Source of the DNA: the human T2T-CHM13v2.0 reference genome, Homo sapiens
Assembly: GCA_009914755.4 (NCBI GenBank)
Contig: CP068257.2
Span: 32,512,001-32,576,000, forward strand
Length of the DNA stretch: 64,000 nucleotides
Direction of reading: 5' to 3'
A model generated the notes under the pieces. That model had not been told where the DNA came from. It searched no databases and worked only from the letters and a program-made list of their open reading frames with translations. This document shows, piece by piece, positions 1-15,956 of the stretch. The translations under genes and the position numbers were made by a program. Numbering within the stretch: the first letter of the stretch is position 1; each line of letters opens with the position of its first letter.

Positions 1-2724
1 AAAAAGAAATGGGGCTTTTCCATGCAGAGGGTACCTCAGTTTGAAGGTGAATAATTCACTGCCTCGGTGAAGCCTGAATGCAACAAGGTTTAACTGAGAC
101 GGTCTAGGAACTGGCATTTAGACAGATCTGTTTCCTATCTTCAAAAAGGCTCAAGGATGCTTCAGGGCTGCAAAGCCCTCCCATCCCCCTCCCCCATCCC
201 CCCACCCACTGTGAGCCACTGAGTGCTTCAGTGGAAATTTCCACTTGTCTGCTAGGGAGAAGGGGAGGGTGAGAGAGAGACAAAGAATGTAACTCAAATT
301 CAAGCAAGCTCTTTTTATGGAAAACTTGTAAATACAGGGTTAAGACAAAAGTGAATAAAGAAAATACAACCTTTACATTTAAGGGCACTGTCAGAAAATA
401 CAGTTTTCCCCCTGGACAACTAGGGGAGTCGGGGAAGGGCTGGCAGCACCGGGCAGTCTGCATGGTGACTGAATGGTGGAGGGGCTAGGCCTCTCCAGGG
501 GAGGGGCAGAAGGGACATGAGAGCTGCTGGCTCTCTTACAACCATGCTGCTGTGAATGGAGTGTTTTTGGTGGCATTGTTTTCCAGTATTGGGGCACAGT
601 CTGTCTTGGGGAAGCCATTTCTCTGAGTGTTTTCAGATCTCTAGAGGGTTTGGGCCATGTAGTAGAGAGTTTTGTAGCATGTGAGTGTCTTAAGAAATAT
701 AAAGGAGGGCACATTATCACCTGGAAGATCACGTGGGCAAGTTCTACCTAGGAAGAAGTTCACTATTGCTCCAGCTTTCAAACACTGTTATCTGCAGTGA
801 GAAATGCATTAGTGTCCTGAACCTTTCTTGGTTACTTCTTGCCTGGCATCAGTCATCTCCTCACTTCCACTTCTGCAGAGTTAGTGTGGGTCAAAGTTAC
901 GTGCTTTTCTATAGAAAAGAGAGATGCTTTTGTGAAGCTGATAGCAACTTCATAGAAGTGGTGATTCTATAATTAGCACCACACATGTAAAAACAAACCT
1001 TTAAAATGTAAACACTGCTCGGCTTTGTGTTCAAGGCAATGTTGGTGCTTGCATGGACCCTGGCTACCTGGTAGGCGGAACCATGTCACTTGTGCCATGT
1101 AGCACATGGTCGAAGGTGCTGGGAATGTGTAACGTAATTAGATTTTAGACTGTTTTCCCAAAATGAGCTGTGTACTTATTGATTCAATCACCAAGAGTAG
1201 AAGTGGAAAATGGAAAACTAGCTATTTGGAGAGCTTTTGTTAAGTAAGAATGTCAGCTTTGGGGCATGTCTAGTCAGTTGCAATGTAGTCAAATCCAGAC
1301 GTTTGTGCCTTGAGTGAGGAGTTGATCGTGAGTCCACGTGCGTTAGGACTTCTGGTCTTGTGTTTTGATTCTGCCTAGTTTGGCTGGGGAAGAAGCAGAC
1401 ACTGATAGCTCATTGTGGTTGTGGAGTCCTCTTGATTCTCTCTTTTCCCAGGGTCAGGAGGAAGTTGGGGCAGAGGGCTCTAACTCCCCTGGAGACACTG
1501 AGCCCCTTTTCTGGTCACCTTCCCTTGAACAGCAGCTCCTCTGATTGTTAGAATGGTTTCTCCATGGCAACCTTCATGAGGATGCAGGGAGCGGGCATCA
1601 AGGGAGTTAGTTCCAAGGCCATTTTTTCAGCCTAACTCCCATTTTTGTAGGTCTCTTGTGGACCTGTGCTGTCATGAGAAAGGGATCCTCGCAGGCATCA
1701 AAAGCCACCCAGCCCCACCACCCCACACAGGTTGTTTCTAGGCCTGACTTTCTTCATGTGTAAAAATAGAAATGCGGGACTGTACTTGGTGTTGTCATAG
1801 CTGTAAAAAGTCTCATTCTCAGTCCTTAGGTCATCTGTAGTTAGCAAAGCCCAGCAGTGAGTCAGGGGTCCTTGCCTGTCATGGACAGTCTCCCACAGGA
1901 CTGCGGTGGAAGCCTGGGTTTCTGCTCATGCAGCAGCTCGTACAGCCTCTCTGCCCAGCTGGGCTGCATATTCCAGGAGGATGAGACCATGTGTGCCTCA
2001 TCCATTTAACCTCCTGAGGTTTGTCTGTAGTAGATGCTCATTAACAAGTTAAGTTTGCCCAGATGAATAGGTAAGAAGAAAAGGATATGTACTGGAAGCA
2101 ACCAGGAATTGGTGAAGGTCATTCCTGTGTGGGAAAACCATAATGGACCATTTATCTGTGTACTTGGGTCACTGAAGCAGGCAGAGATTGACTTTATCCT
2201 GGACTTCTGGTCAGTTCTCTTGTGGCCTGGGAGAGACATCTTGGTTCCCTGGGAGAAGAGGTCGGGAGGGGGTTGGTAAGAGGTTCAACTTCGGAGAGTG
2301 GCGAATACAGTAAGGTCTGCCTGTCTCGGAGTCACTTCTCACCTTCGCTGTTTTGGTAGCGTTTTCTTTCTGTGGAAACTTCCACGGTGTAATAGGGAGC
2401 CATGGGAGTGGAAGCAGTCTTTGCCCACATCAGCCCCGGGCGCATAGCAGCAGGACGACAAGCATGAGATGCCAGTCACCAGCTGTGCATGCCGGCTTGT
2501 GCTCGTTTAGTTGGTTGCTGAAGGAGCGTTGTCATGCCTGGTGGCAGGAAGTCAGAGCAGTTAGGAGGGTGAAGGCAAGAGAGGGGTTTTGGTAGCAACA
2601 GGGAGCCTCCCGAAGCTAGGAAAGCCCAGTGTTAGGATTTCCAGGTCTTTAACTAGGTTTTCTCTTTATCCTTGAGAATCCTCCAACATGTGGGTACTAG
2701 GTAGCAAGAGATACAGTATACAGA

Positions 2725-2835
2725 GTGGGGAGCTGTGGGGTCTGGAGTCCGGAGCTTGACTCTCACTTTGTGACCTGGGGCCTATCAGTTCCCCTCTGGG
2801 CTTCAGTTTGCTCATGTGAAAGGTTTAGGCTGCGT
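2725..2835 (+). repeat. MIR (SINE) fragment
   Basis: Matches the MIR core: '...ctggag.c.gac...tgtgacctggg...cctctgggcttcagtttgctcatgtgaaa' against consensus 'gctctggagccagactgcctgggttcgaatcccggctctgccacttactagctgtgtgaccttgggcaagttacttaacctctctgtgcctcagtttcctcatctgtaaaatgg'. Confidence 0.5.
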
Positions 2836-2914
2836 TGTCTTTATGGTCCTTTCCAGCACTTCCAGTCTATGATTCTGTAACCCATTTGGTCCCAAAGCTA
2901 TCTGTGGTTTCTTG

Positions 2915-3015
2915 TGTCCTGGAGTCAAAAGACCTGCTCTGTTTGAATCCTGGCAGTGACCACTTCATAGCTGAGTGACCTTGGGCTAATGACTTAACCT
3001 TTTTGAGTCTCTCTT
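2915..3015 (+). repeat. MIR (SINE) fragment, second copy
   Basis: 'gtttgaatcctggcagtgaccacttcatagctgagtgaccttgggctaatgacttaacctttttgagtctc' matches the MIR core 'ggttcgaatcccggctctgccacttactagctgtgtgaccttgggcaagttacttaacctctctgtgcctc'. Confidence 0.5.
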
Positions 3016-4559
3016 CTTAACTACATTAAATTGTACGACTCAAAGGAGGCAACGTGTAGGAAACCACTTTGAAGACTCCTAGAGGAGTATTGTTGCTGGG
3101 GAGAGGGCTGCTGGACCCCAACCAACACTCGGCACCACTTTCTCTTCTTCCCTTTCCTCAATTGCCACACGGAGTGGAGCTGCCACTTCTCTTTCATCCT
3201 CTTCCTCAAAAGTTGTCTGAAAGCTGTGAAAGTACTTTGAAAATTAGAGTCTTATGAAAGACACTTCTTTTTTAAGTTCAGAAATATGAGGTTTCTGATA
3301 TATCTGGCTTCCTGTTTCCATCCTTGGGTATTCTTTTTACCCTTATCACATCATAGAATCCAAAAGCTTTGGGTGTATTTCTTAGGATTATTGAGTGAGT
3401 GCTGAGTATATGGAGAACACTTTCAGGAGGGCTGGATGAGAATTGATTAGTGGGCAGTTGAGTTGGTTGTTGGCATCTGTAAACACACTTTCTCTTAGAA
3501 CATGTTGAGACTCCTAGGCTAGCTCACAAGCTTCTAACCCTGTGAAGCAGTTGAATGGAAAATGGAAGAAAGCAGTGCTTGCTATGAACAATATCATAAG
3601 TAAGACCAAGACAGCCCCAGAGGTGCTATTTGAATAAGTTGAATACTTGACTGTAAGGAAGGGCAGGCTTGGACTTCCTGTGGACTCTCTGGAGGGAGGG
3701 GCATGGAGCACTCGGCAGTGGTGGTGTCTGGGTTACTTGATGGCCAGAGCATGTCATGCTCTTGCTAGAGCCTCCCTCCTGATGCATGGCATTTCAGCAG
3801 CACATTACTCTAAGCACAGGGCTTCAAATGGAATGAAGCAAGAGAGGAAGGCTTCTAGGGAAACTGGACAAGGCCAAGGAAGAGGCGGGAGCTCAGAGAA
3901 AAACTACCTGCTATAGACTTCAGTGTGTTGGGAATGTTGGCAGACAGGGTGAGGTCATAACTTGTCCGTGGTAGATTGGAAGGACATTTTGATGAATAGT
4001 GAGTGAAAGAGCAAATGGATAAATGGGAAGGAAAAAAGCATTGGGCCCCTGTTGGGTGAGAGTTCCCTGTACTGCCCACCAGGTGGCCAAATGGAATTAT
4101 TGTGGGGCAAGGGGAGTGACTGGGTAAAAGGCTGAGGGTTGCAAGGAGGTGGTGATTTGAGGTTGATCACACTATTTTAAGCTCTGTTCCAGAGCCTAAC
4201 TCAAAGTAAGTAATCAATAATTAAATCTTGAATAAATGAGTAATTCATAAGTTGGGTCATTGCAACCCTATTACCTGCTATATGGAGTAGAAATAAGCAA
4301 GTGGAATTAAACCTTGGAAAATGTGGCCAGGATTATGTGTAGTTTTCAGAGTGAGCCCAAGTGGCAGTCTTGTCAGTGAGCAAATGTGCAAGTCACTGCT
4401 TCAAGAAGTTTGTGGAATAGTGGATTCGTTTGTACCGTTTTTATTTCGTTGCTTAAGGAACCCTGGGAGTCTTCATCAGCTGTAATTGCTCCCTGTTGCC
4501 TCCATCCCACATCAGCTCATTGACCAAGTCCTGCCCATTCAGCTTCTAAACTGCCATTT

Positions 4560-5085
4560 TAAAATCATCAGCTTTATAGCGATGATTAGCATGTAATAAA
4601 CTGCATATATTTAAAGTGTATAATTTAATAAGGTTTGACATATGTATACACTCACAGAATCACCACGGTCAAGATAATAAACATATTTGTCACCCCTAAA
4701 ATTTCCTCCTCCTCCTTCGATTCCTTCCTCTACTTGTCCTTCATCCCAAGCAACCACTGATCTTTTTTCTTTCACTGTCGATTTTTTTCGACTTTATGAT
4801 GGTGCAGAAGTGATTGCAGATGCAGTAGAAGCCGTACTCAAATACCCAAACAACCAGTCTGTTTTTCACTCTCAGTAAAGTATTCCGTAAAATTACATGA
4901 GCTATTCAACACTTAATGTAAAATAGGGTTTGTGTTAGATGATTTTACACAACTGTAGGCTAAGCGTTCTGGGCATTTGGCTAAGTGATGTTAGGTTAGG
5001 TGGTGTATTAAATGCGTTTTCAACATAAAATATTTTCAATTTACGGGTTTATCGAAATGCGTATATTGTAAGTTGAGGAACATCT
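4560..5085. repeat. Old interspersed repeat, Tigger/DNA-transposon-like
   Basis: The segment '...tgttaggttaggtggtgtattaaatgcgttttcaacataaaatattttcaatttacgggtttatcgaaatgcgtatattgtaagttgaggaacatc' resembles, from memory, the 3' end of Tigger1-type mariner elements. The family assignment is uncertain. Confidence 0.35.
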
Positions 5086-5357
5086 TTTTTTTTAGACTTA
5101 CATAGAATTGGATGGTATTGGACCCCTTTTACTCTAGTTTCTTTCACTCAGCATAATTATTTTGAGATCAATAGTGTGTATCAATAGTTCACTCCTTTTC
5201 ATTGCTGAGTAGTATGGCATTGTATGTAGTGAATATTTGTTTTTTTCCAGTTTGGGGTTGTTATAGGTACAGCTGCTGTGAACATTTGTGTACAAGTTGT
5301 TGTGTGGACACATGCTTTAATTTCTTTGGGGTAAATACCTAGCAGTGGAATGGCTAG

Positions 5358-6590
<1,233 letters not shown>

Positions 6591-8175
6591 TAGTAGGTAT
6601 CTCTTTGTGGTTTTAATTTGCATTTCTCTCATGACTAATGGCTTTAGGCATCTTTTCATGTGCTGCTTTGCCATCGTATGTCTTCTGTGAAATGTCTGTT
6701 CAAATCTTATGACCATTGTTTAAAAGTTTTTTTAAATTAAGTTTTGAGAGTTATTTGTATTCTAGATACAAGTCCTTTATCAGACTTCTAATTCGCAAAT
6801 CTTAGTGGCTTTTTATTCAAAGAGCAGTTTTTAATTTTGATGAAATCTAATTTATCAATTTTTTCTATTATGGATTTTGGTTTTGGTGTTGTGTCTAAGG
6901 AAACTTTGCTTAATCCAAATTTACAAAAGCTTCTAAGTTTTATAGCTTTATATTTTACATTTAAATCTGTCCCATTTTGAGTTAATTTTTTAAATGGTAC
7001 AAGTAGGGAAGAAAGTTCGGTTTTTTTGCGTGTGGATACTGGATTATTTTAGCACCATTTGTTGTAAATCTCTATTTTTGTACTCCATTCTAGTCTTTTG
7101 ATCTCTCTGTGTATCTGTACATGAATATCATACTGTCTTGATGGCCATAGCTTTATAATAAGTCTTGAAATCAGGTGGTGTTAGTCCTTCAACTTACATT
7201 CTCTATCAGAGTTGTTTTGGCTGTTTTAGATCCATTATGAACTTTCTAATCAATATTCTAGGGTTTTGATTGAGGTTCTACTGAATGTCAATAGATTTTA
7301 TTTCAGTAAAATAAATAATAGATCTCAATTTTTGTTTAACTTGGAGAGGGTTGACATCTAAATTTTGAGTCTTCTTACCCGTGAACAAGATATACCTGAT
7401 AGATTTTGTTTCTTTCAGCAGCGTTTTGTAGTTTTGCATACCTTTTGTCTGATTTCTCTGCAAGTATTGAATGTTTAATTCAAGGTCTGATTATTTGTTA
7501 CTAGTATATAGAAATAACATTGATTTTTGTATCTTGCAATCCTGCTAAACTCATTAGTTCTATTTTTTTTATAGATTTCTTAATACTTTCTCAAAACACA
7601 ATCATGTCATATGCAAATAAGACAGTCTCACTTTTTGCTTATCAGTCTAGGTACCTATTCTTTTTCTTGCCTTACTGCACTGGCTAGAACCTCCATTTCA
7701 GTGTTGAATAGAAGTGACAGTGGACTTTCTGGTTTGTTCCCAGTCTTAGGGGAAGAACATTTAGATATTCACCAGCTGGTGAAATGTCAGCTGTAGATTT
7801 TTCAAAGATGCTCTTTATAAGTTTGAGGGAGGTCACTTCTATCCCTAGTTTGCTGAGATTTTTTTTTTTTTAATCAGGAATGGCTATGGATTTTGTTAAA
7901 TGCTTTCATTTGTGTTTGTTGAAATGATCATATGGTGTTTCTTTTTTAGTTTGTTAATATGTTTTAATTTGAATTACATTTTTTTTCAAATGTTAAGCCA
8001 ATCTTGCATTCTTGGGATAAAGCCTGCTTGGTCATGGTATATTGTATTTTTTAATATATGATAGTAGTGAATTTGCTAAAATTTTGTTTAGAATTTTAAA
8101 GTGTGTATTCTTGAGGGACATTCATCTGATTTCTTGTAATGTCTTTGGTTTGGGTATAGGGTAATGCTGGCTTCA

Positions 8176-9421
<1,246 letters not shown>

Positions 9422-9662
9422 TTGGTATTTTTGCCTTAAATGTTTGGTGTAATTCACCAGTGAAGTCATTTGGGCCTGTAATATTCTTTGTGGGAAGCTT
9501 TTAAACTTCTTTAATAAGATATAGGGCTTAAGGGTTTAAACTACACATATTTCGTTAATAAGATATAGGGCCATTCAAGTTATCTGTACTTCTTGAGTGA
9601 GGTTTGGTAGTCTGTGTTTTTCAAGGAATTTGATCATTTCATCTGAGTTGTTAAATTTAATG

Positions 9663-9953
9663 CTTTTTTTTGAGACAGAGTCTCGCTCTGTCACCCAGGC
9701 TGGAATGCAGTGATACAATCACGGCTCACTGCAGCGTGGACCTCCTGGGTTCAAGTCATCCTCACACTTCAGCCTCCCCAGTAGCTGGGACTACAGGCAC
9801 ACACCACCATGCCTGGCTAATTTTTGTAGTTTTTGTGGAGATGAGGCTTCACCATGTTGCCCAGGCTTTTCTCAGACTCCTGGTGTCAACTGATCTGCCT
9901 GTCTAGGCCTCCCAAAGTGCTGGTATTACAGGTGTGAGCCCCAGCGCCTGACC
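9663..9953 (-). mobile_element. Alu SINE
   Basis: T-run, then 'gagacagagtctcgctctgtcacccaggctggaatgcagtg...cccaaagtgctggtattacaggtgtgagcc'. Confidence 0.9.
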
Positions 9954-10047
9954 TTGCAAAAATTTTTTATAATATTTCCTATTATTTTAATATTTATGAA
10001 ATCTGTAGTTGTTTCACCTTTCTCATTCCCAGTGCCTTTAATTTATA

Positions 10048-10123
10048 CCTTACCTCTTTTTACTCAACAGTCTGGCTATAGAGGCCCTTACCTCTTTTTA
10101 CTCAACAGTCTGGCTATAGAGGC
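10048..10123. repeat. Perfect 38-bp tandem duplication, 2 copies
   Basis: 'ccttacctctttttactcaacagtctggctatagaggc' occurs at 10048-10085 and is repeated identically at 10086-10123. Confidence 0.9.
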
Positions 10124-11319
10124 ATATCAATTTTACGAATCTTCTCCATGAACTAGTGTTTGGTTTCATTGATGTTCTCTGTTTTTCTTTTTTCTGCTTT
10201 GGGGATTTCTCCTCTCTCTCTCTCTTCTCATCTTACTGGATTTAATTTGCTCTTTTCCTAGTTTCTTAAAGTAGAAGCTGAGACTATTGATTCGAGGCCT
10301 TTTTTTTTTTCTTACCTAGGTGTTCAGTAGATATGAATTTCCTGACAAGTATTGCTTTCATGGCATCCCCCAAATTTTGATTTGTAGCATTTTCTTTTTC
10401 ATTCAATTCAAAGTACTTTGTAATTGCCCTTTTGATTTCTCCTTCTACCTGTTTGTCCAGCTTATTTAGATATCTGTTTAGTTTCCAAGTGTTGAGGCAT
10501 TTTTCGAAGATTTTTGTGTATAACTTGAATCCCTTTATGTTATATGGCCCAGAATATGGTTGGCCTCGGTAAATGTTCTGTGTACACTTAGGAAGAATGT
10601 CTGTCTTGTGATTGTTGGGTAAAGGGTTCTATAAATGTCAGTTAACTCCACTTGGTTAATGTTGGTGTTCACTTTTTCTATATCCTTGGTGATTTTCTGT
10701 ATAAGTAGTTCTATCGATTACTGAAAGAGGAATGTTAAAAGACTTCAGCTGTGATTCTGGATGTGTCCATTTCTCTGTTCAGTTCTGCTGTTCTTATATG
10801 TTGAAGCTCGGTTATCTGGTGCATGTATATTTAAGATTGTTACATCTTGGTGGACCCATTATTATGTATTGTCTCTTTTTATTCCTGGTAATTTTCTTTG
10901 CTCTGAAGTCTGCTTTGTCTGATATTACTGTAGCCACTTGAGCTTGCTTTTGATTAGTGTTTTTGGTTGGTATATATTTTTCTGTCCTTTTATTTAATTA
11001 TATGTTTACTTGAATAATTATTCCACTAGGCTTGGCTTTAAGAGTAAATGGTCACTTGGTAAATTTACTTACAAGTTTTGAACCTCTTTGCCCTTTGTCT
11101 GGAATTACACAAAATGCCATCCCTTTTCTCATAAGTTCCTTCCTTGCTGAATTTGTTCCTTTTCAACTTGATCTTCCCAGCTTCCTGTGAGAGCTCCACA
11201 TTTCATGCTAACACCATCACGGTCAAAGATTTACTCTGGACCTGCTCCGTGTTCGTCTCTATTCGGAGTGCTAGGGTTAACACCAGAGCCTTTCTTCCTA
11301 TGGCAACTGTGCTTTAGTG

Positions 11320-11640
11320 GAGTGAGGCAGACAGTAAGCAAATGCATACTGTGCCAGTGGTGAGAACGTACTTTGTGGAACAAAACAAAGCCTTGAGTGA
11401 GGGCAATGGAGAGTGAGGGGCCTTGGTGGAGCTAGGAGGGTGCTGCTTTAGGAGAGTGGGCACAGAAGGTCTCTCTGAGAGGGTGACATTTGGACAGAGA
11501 CATGATAGAAGCAAGAGATGAGCTATGTGGAAGTTGGGCGGAGAACATTTCCAACAGAAGGACCAGCGAGTACAAAGGCCTGGGAGGGGAATGTGCTTGG
11601 GAGTCCTGAGAACCACATGTATGCCTAGAACAAGGCAAGC
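11320..11640. repeat. L2/MIR-core-like ancient LINE fragment
   Basis: '...gtgacatttggacagagacatgatagaagcaagagatgagctatgtggaagttgggcggagaacatttccaacagaaggaccagcgagtacaaaggcctgggaggggaatgtgcttgggagt' resembles the L2 3' end consensus ('gtgacatttgagctgag...gcattccaggcagagggaacagcaagtgcaaaggccctgaggcagga'). Confidence 0.4.
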
Positions 11641-12353
11641 GATGACGAAAATTTCATAGTTTTAACCAGCTAGAACATTGCAGGATTTTGAAATACTGCC
11701 CTGAAAACTGACCTTTAGTCACATAATGGTCCAAATCAGACAGTACAAGGGAGGCTTAACCTTTTAGGTCTGAGAGGAGCCAGGAGTGGGTAGGGATGGG
11801 CTCTTTCCTTGCACTGTCAGCCAGCAGGCTGCTGAGGACCTTGTCAATCTTTGAAGACCAGTGAGCCGTGCGGGATGCCCGTCGACATTAGTCTGGTTTG
11901 AGTGATGAGTGGTAAATTCTTTTTCTTACTTAAGGTTCCAGTAATTTTCTTTTTGTTCCTTGTCCGTATTGAACATAGTTGTAGACCAGTCCCATGCCTT
12001 TCTTAATCTTTTCCCATGTTTGTGGGCTCATGGTTCTCTTAGGTGTGTTAGTTCACAGGGAAAATCCTTTGAAAAGTTAGAAGAGTATCTAATAGATGTT
12101 TTCACACACACACACAACATTAATGAATAGTTTGGAAAATTCAGTCTCGTCAATGGATTAGAAGTTTTCCCCCATGCTTTCTAGTACTTCACACCATCTG
12201 TAATGTCACAGTGTGTTTTTGCTGCCATAAAGCTGGTTTGGATTCATATTTTCACAAGAGTGTAATGGGAAAGACCATAGAAAAAGGGAGATTGGGCTTA
12301 ACACTGCAATTCTGTTTAGCTGGTCAGCTGGTAGTTTCTATTTTGACAAGGTT

Positions 12354-12381
12354 ATGTGTGTGTATGTGTGTGTTTGTGTGT
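12354..12381. repeat. (TG)n-rich microsatellite
   Basis: 'tgtgtgtgtatgtgtgtgtttgtgtgtag'. Confidence 0.8.
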
Positions 12382-12433
12382 AGTTGATGTCTGTCTAGGA
12401 AGAGTAAAATGGAAACACTGACCAAAATAGTAG

Positions 12434-12676
<243 letters not shown>

Positions 12677-13110
12677 GAAGATTCGCCAGATTTTAGCCTT
12701 ATATGTAATTCCTTCACATTTGGGCAGCATGGACGAGAAGGAAGAATTTGCAAGTTTGGCCTTTATATAAGCATGTGTTGCAGGTGCTGTTTGATTTTTC
12801 TAAGGTATTTTTAGCCCTTGATCCCCTTTGCTTGCGAGAGGTGGGGAACTGCTCACTGACAGCTTCTCTGTAACCTGCAGTACCAGTGGATCGTTCTTGA
12901 TTTTGTTTTCATTAGTGTCATTTCTTTGTCATTGAGGACTTTTCCCCTTACAACAGTAACACCATTTTTTGAAGAGCAAAACTTATAATACCTCCTGGGA
13001 TTGTGAGCTAGTCATTCAGCCTGTGTAACCATGTGGAAATAAAAATTGACGACCAATGTATTATATGGACAACTTTTGCTTTGAGTAATAAACTTGATTG
13101 TAGGAATGTG
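12677..13110 (+). other. MRPS6: MRPS6 3'UTR with two candidate poly(A) signals
   Basis: AATAAA at 13038-13043 ('tggaaataaaaattgac') and at 13087-13092 ('gagtaataaacttgattg'). The exact cleavage site was not determined. Confidence 0.6.
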
Positions 13111-15877
13111 GGAGGTGTTTTGTCCCTTTACTTACCCAGTGCAGTGCACTTCCAGGGCCCCGCAGCTCCAGTCTAGCTGGCAGTGCCTGGCAGTGTCGGG
13201 GAGGCATTACCCAGTACCCACTGAGGTCCAGAGCCGGGGTGGGGCAGGGGAGGAGGGGTGTCTGTCTGTTCCTTACTGGGCACGCCACAAAATCAGTGAC
13301 TTTTCCCTGCACACCTCACTTGTCATTGTGGTTTGTGCTGCTCTTTGTGGTGGGACGTGTGTTCTGGTGCAGTTAAGGTCTCATGCTGCTCCCTGTCATT
13401 CCTTTGCTACTAGCACCTGCCTCCTCCACTGTCCCTCATCCCAGGGCAGGCCTCTTGTAGGAAGTAGCCTCCTGGCAGTGGCATGGCTTCCAGGATGGGT
13501 GAGGATGAGGTCGTTTCCCAAAACAGTCACCTGCATCTCTTCCTCGGTCTCCTCGGGGCTGATTGGAAAGACTTGACTAGCCCTTCCCCCTTCCCAGGGG
13601 GTGCCCTGCACAAGGTGTCTGTCACCATCACAGATGACGGAACTTCTGCACATAAAATGTTGGGGGAAGTGCCGGTTCTGGGAATCTCTGAAAAGCAGGA
13701 AGGAGCCGAGAGTTCTGGCCTCTGCTTTGTTTTTAACCATGGCAAGACCGGAGGATGGAGAGATGTGCAAGAGATGCCCAAAGCGCCAGGAGGGCCTGGT
13801 CTCCCAGCTCTGGCCCAGCGCCTCCTCCCTCTGTAGCAGCTGCCTGTGTCTGCACTGGGTCATCAGTGTTGTCGCCTTGCTTATTAAGAACTCAGGCGGT
13901 ATCCAGCTTAACTTCCTCCAGAGGCAAAAAGCTATAAAAAGTCTCTCTGAAGAGCAATAATTCAGTGAAGAGGCTCATTAAGAACTGTAGACTGGAAATA
14001 AAAGGGGTAAAGATTATCTGGGAAAATATGCTACTTCCTGTTTTATTCGGAATTTCCTGAAAGCGCAGGCTCTCGGTCAGGGCTCGCGAGAGCACCAACT
14101 CTCTAGCAGACACTTTGTGTCCTGATGTTCTTTGACTCGGTGCGATCTGAGGTCCATTTTGCTTGGAGTTTATTAAACGCACGCCATGTGCCATGCTGCA
14201 CACTTATGTCCATTCCCTCAGTTACTCCTTTCAGCAGCCCCAGGAAAGGCAGCATTGCTATACCTGTTGCTTGGACTAGGAAACCCCCACTCAGATTTGC
14301 CCTTGACCCCACAACTGCCAGTGATAGCTGGAATCTTGAACTAGGGACCCTGATGCCATCTGTTTTTTCCTTCTTGTAACAGTAAGGTTGTCTTTGCCCT
14401 CTCAGGTTAAACAAGGCACTTGGGTGTCTGGAGTGAATTGTCACCACTCAGTTAGTGGCATTTGGCCGCATGGCCCGAGTGTAGCACTGGCACTTTCTTT
14501 TCCTGCACTTGCCGGTCCCTGACAAGACGCCATTGGGTATTCCAGGTCATGCAATCCTGTGGCACAATTTAGAGAGCATTAGGAAGGAGGCTGGCAAAGT
14601 AGGGCAGCCGTGCAGTATGCCAGTTCCCCTCCTTGGAAGCTCCAAAACGAAGCCACTGTCTTTCCCCTGTGAGTGGTTGGTGCATAGCTGGATCCTCAGC
14701 AACTGAGGGGTCCTCATCCCCTGGCAGCTGCTGGCCCGTCGGGATGTCTAGTGTTGGAGCAGGGCGTGCAGGTGGGTGGTTTCCAGGCCACTTATTTGTC
14801 AGAGTAGAGCATCCGGTCTCCCTGCCCAGGCTGGTGGTGGTCCGAGGCTCTGGTCTCCTCCTTCAGGGGATGATAATGGCAAAGTGCTGGCAGTAGAGCC
14901 ATAGACAAAGACAGGCCCTGGCCTCGTGGAGCTGAGAATTGGCATGGAGGCAGACAAAGTATGTACAGTGTAGGAGCTGCTGGGGGGAGTACAGAGGATG
15001 GAGTGGGGAGGGCACGTGCAAGCTGAGCTCTGAAGGGCGAGGAGCCAGTCGTGTGATGTCACAAGGAACTGAGGGGCCAGATCTGGGAGACTGGAGACCT
15101 GTGAGGAGTTAAGCGCAAAGGGATAGGAGGTTGCCAATGGGAAATGACGCATGGAAGGCAGAAGGCTGGCATCGGGTGAGGCATCAGCTTCAGGATGCTC
15201 CCTGGGGGGCTCATGTCCTTGGAAAGGGCATCTTCCTGGGATTTGCAGCCTTGACTATTCGTGGGCCTCTTTGGACAGGCTCAGTCTTCCAGAAGTACTT
15301 GGTTTGATCTCGCCAATACTCGGCTTGACTGGCTGCATTTTAGGATACGAAACTTGGACTTCTGAAAGGAATTTAAGAGGAACATCGGCATTTAAGATAT
15401 GGTGCTCAGGATTGATGACATAGGTGATATTTATCCTCATGATCCTGTCAGCACTCAGAGTCACCCCTTTCCTCTTCCAGCATGTCTGGAAGGGCTTATT
15501 TTTGCCAGTGGGCCCTGCCCCCTGGCTGGAGGAAAGTATGCTGGCTCCAGTCTACGAGAGTGGAGGTCCTGAGAGTCTGCAGTCCCAAGTCCAAAGTAGT
15601 GGCCACAGTTCAGGCCTGTGACAAGCCAGGGGGTTGTTTTTTGAAGGTGGCCCAGGGAGGTTGAAAATGAGAGCCTGGGGGCCCAAGAAGCTAGTCTACC
15701 GAGCTGGTCTTGATAGGGGAGACCCTAACCCAGTGGCGCTAGAGGAATTAAAGACACACACACAGAAATATAGAGGTGTGAAGTGGGAAATCAGGGGTCT
15801 CACAGCCTCCAGAGCTGAGAGCCCCGAACAGAGATTTACCCACGTATTTATTAACAGCAAGGCAGTCATTAGCATTG

Positions 15878-15956
15878 TTTCTATAGATATTAAATTAACT
15901 AAAATTAACTAACTAAATTAACTAAAAGTTTCTATAGATATTAAATTAACTAAAAG
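15878..15956. repeat. AT-rich local tandem repeat
   Basis: 'tttctatagatattaaattaactaaaa' occurs twice, with 'ttaactaactaaattaactaaaag' between the copies. Confidence 0.7.

Noticed and set aside
13094-13960. Cluster of mutually overlapping 100-160-aa ORFs on both strands just downstream of MRPS6.
   Set aside because: Both-strand overlap in GC-rich sequence is the classic signature of non-coding DNA. MRPS6 already terminates at 12676 with poly(A) signals at about 13040 and 13090.
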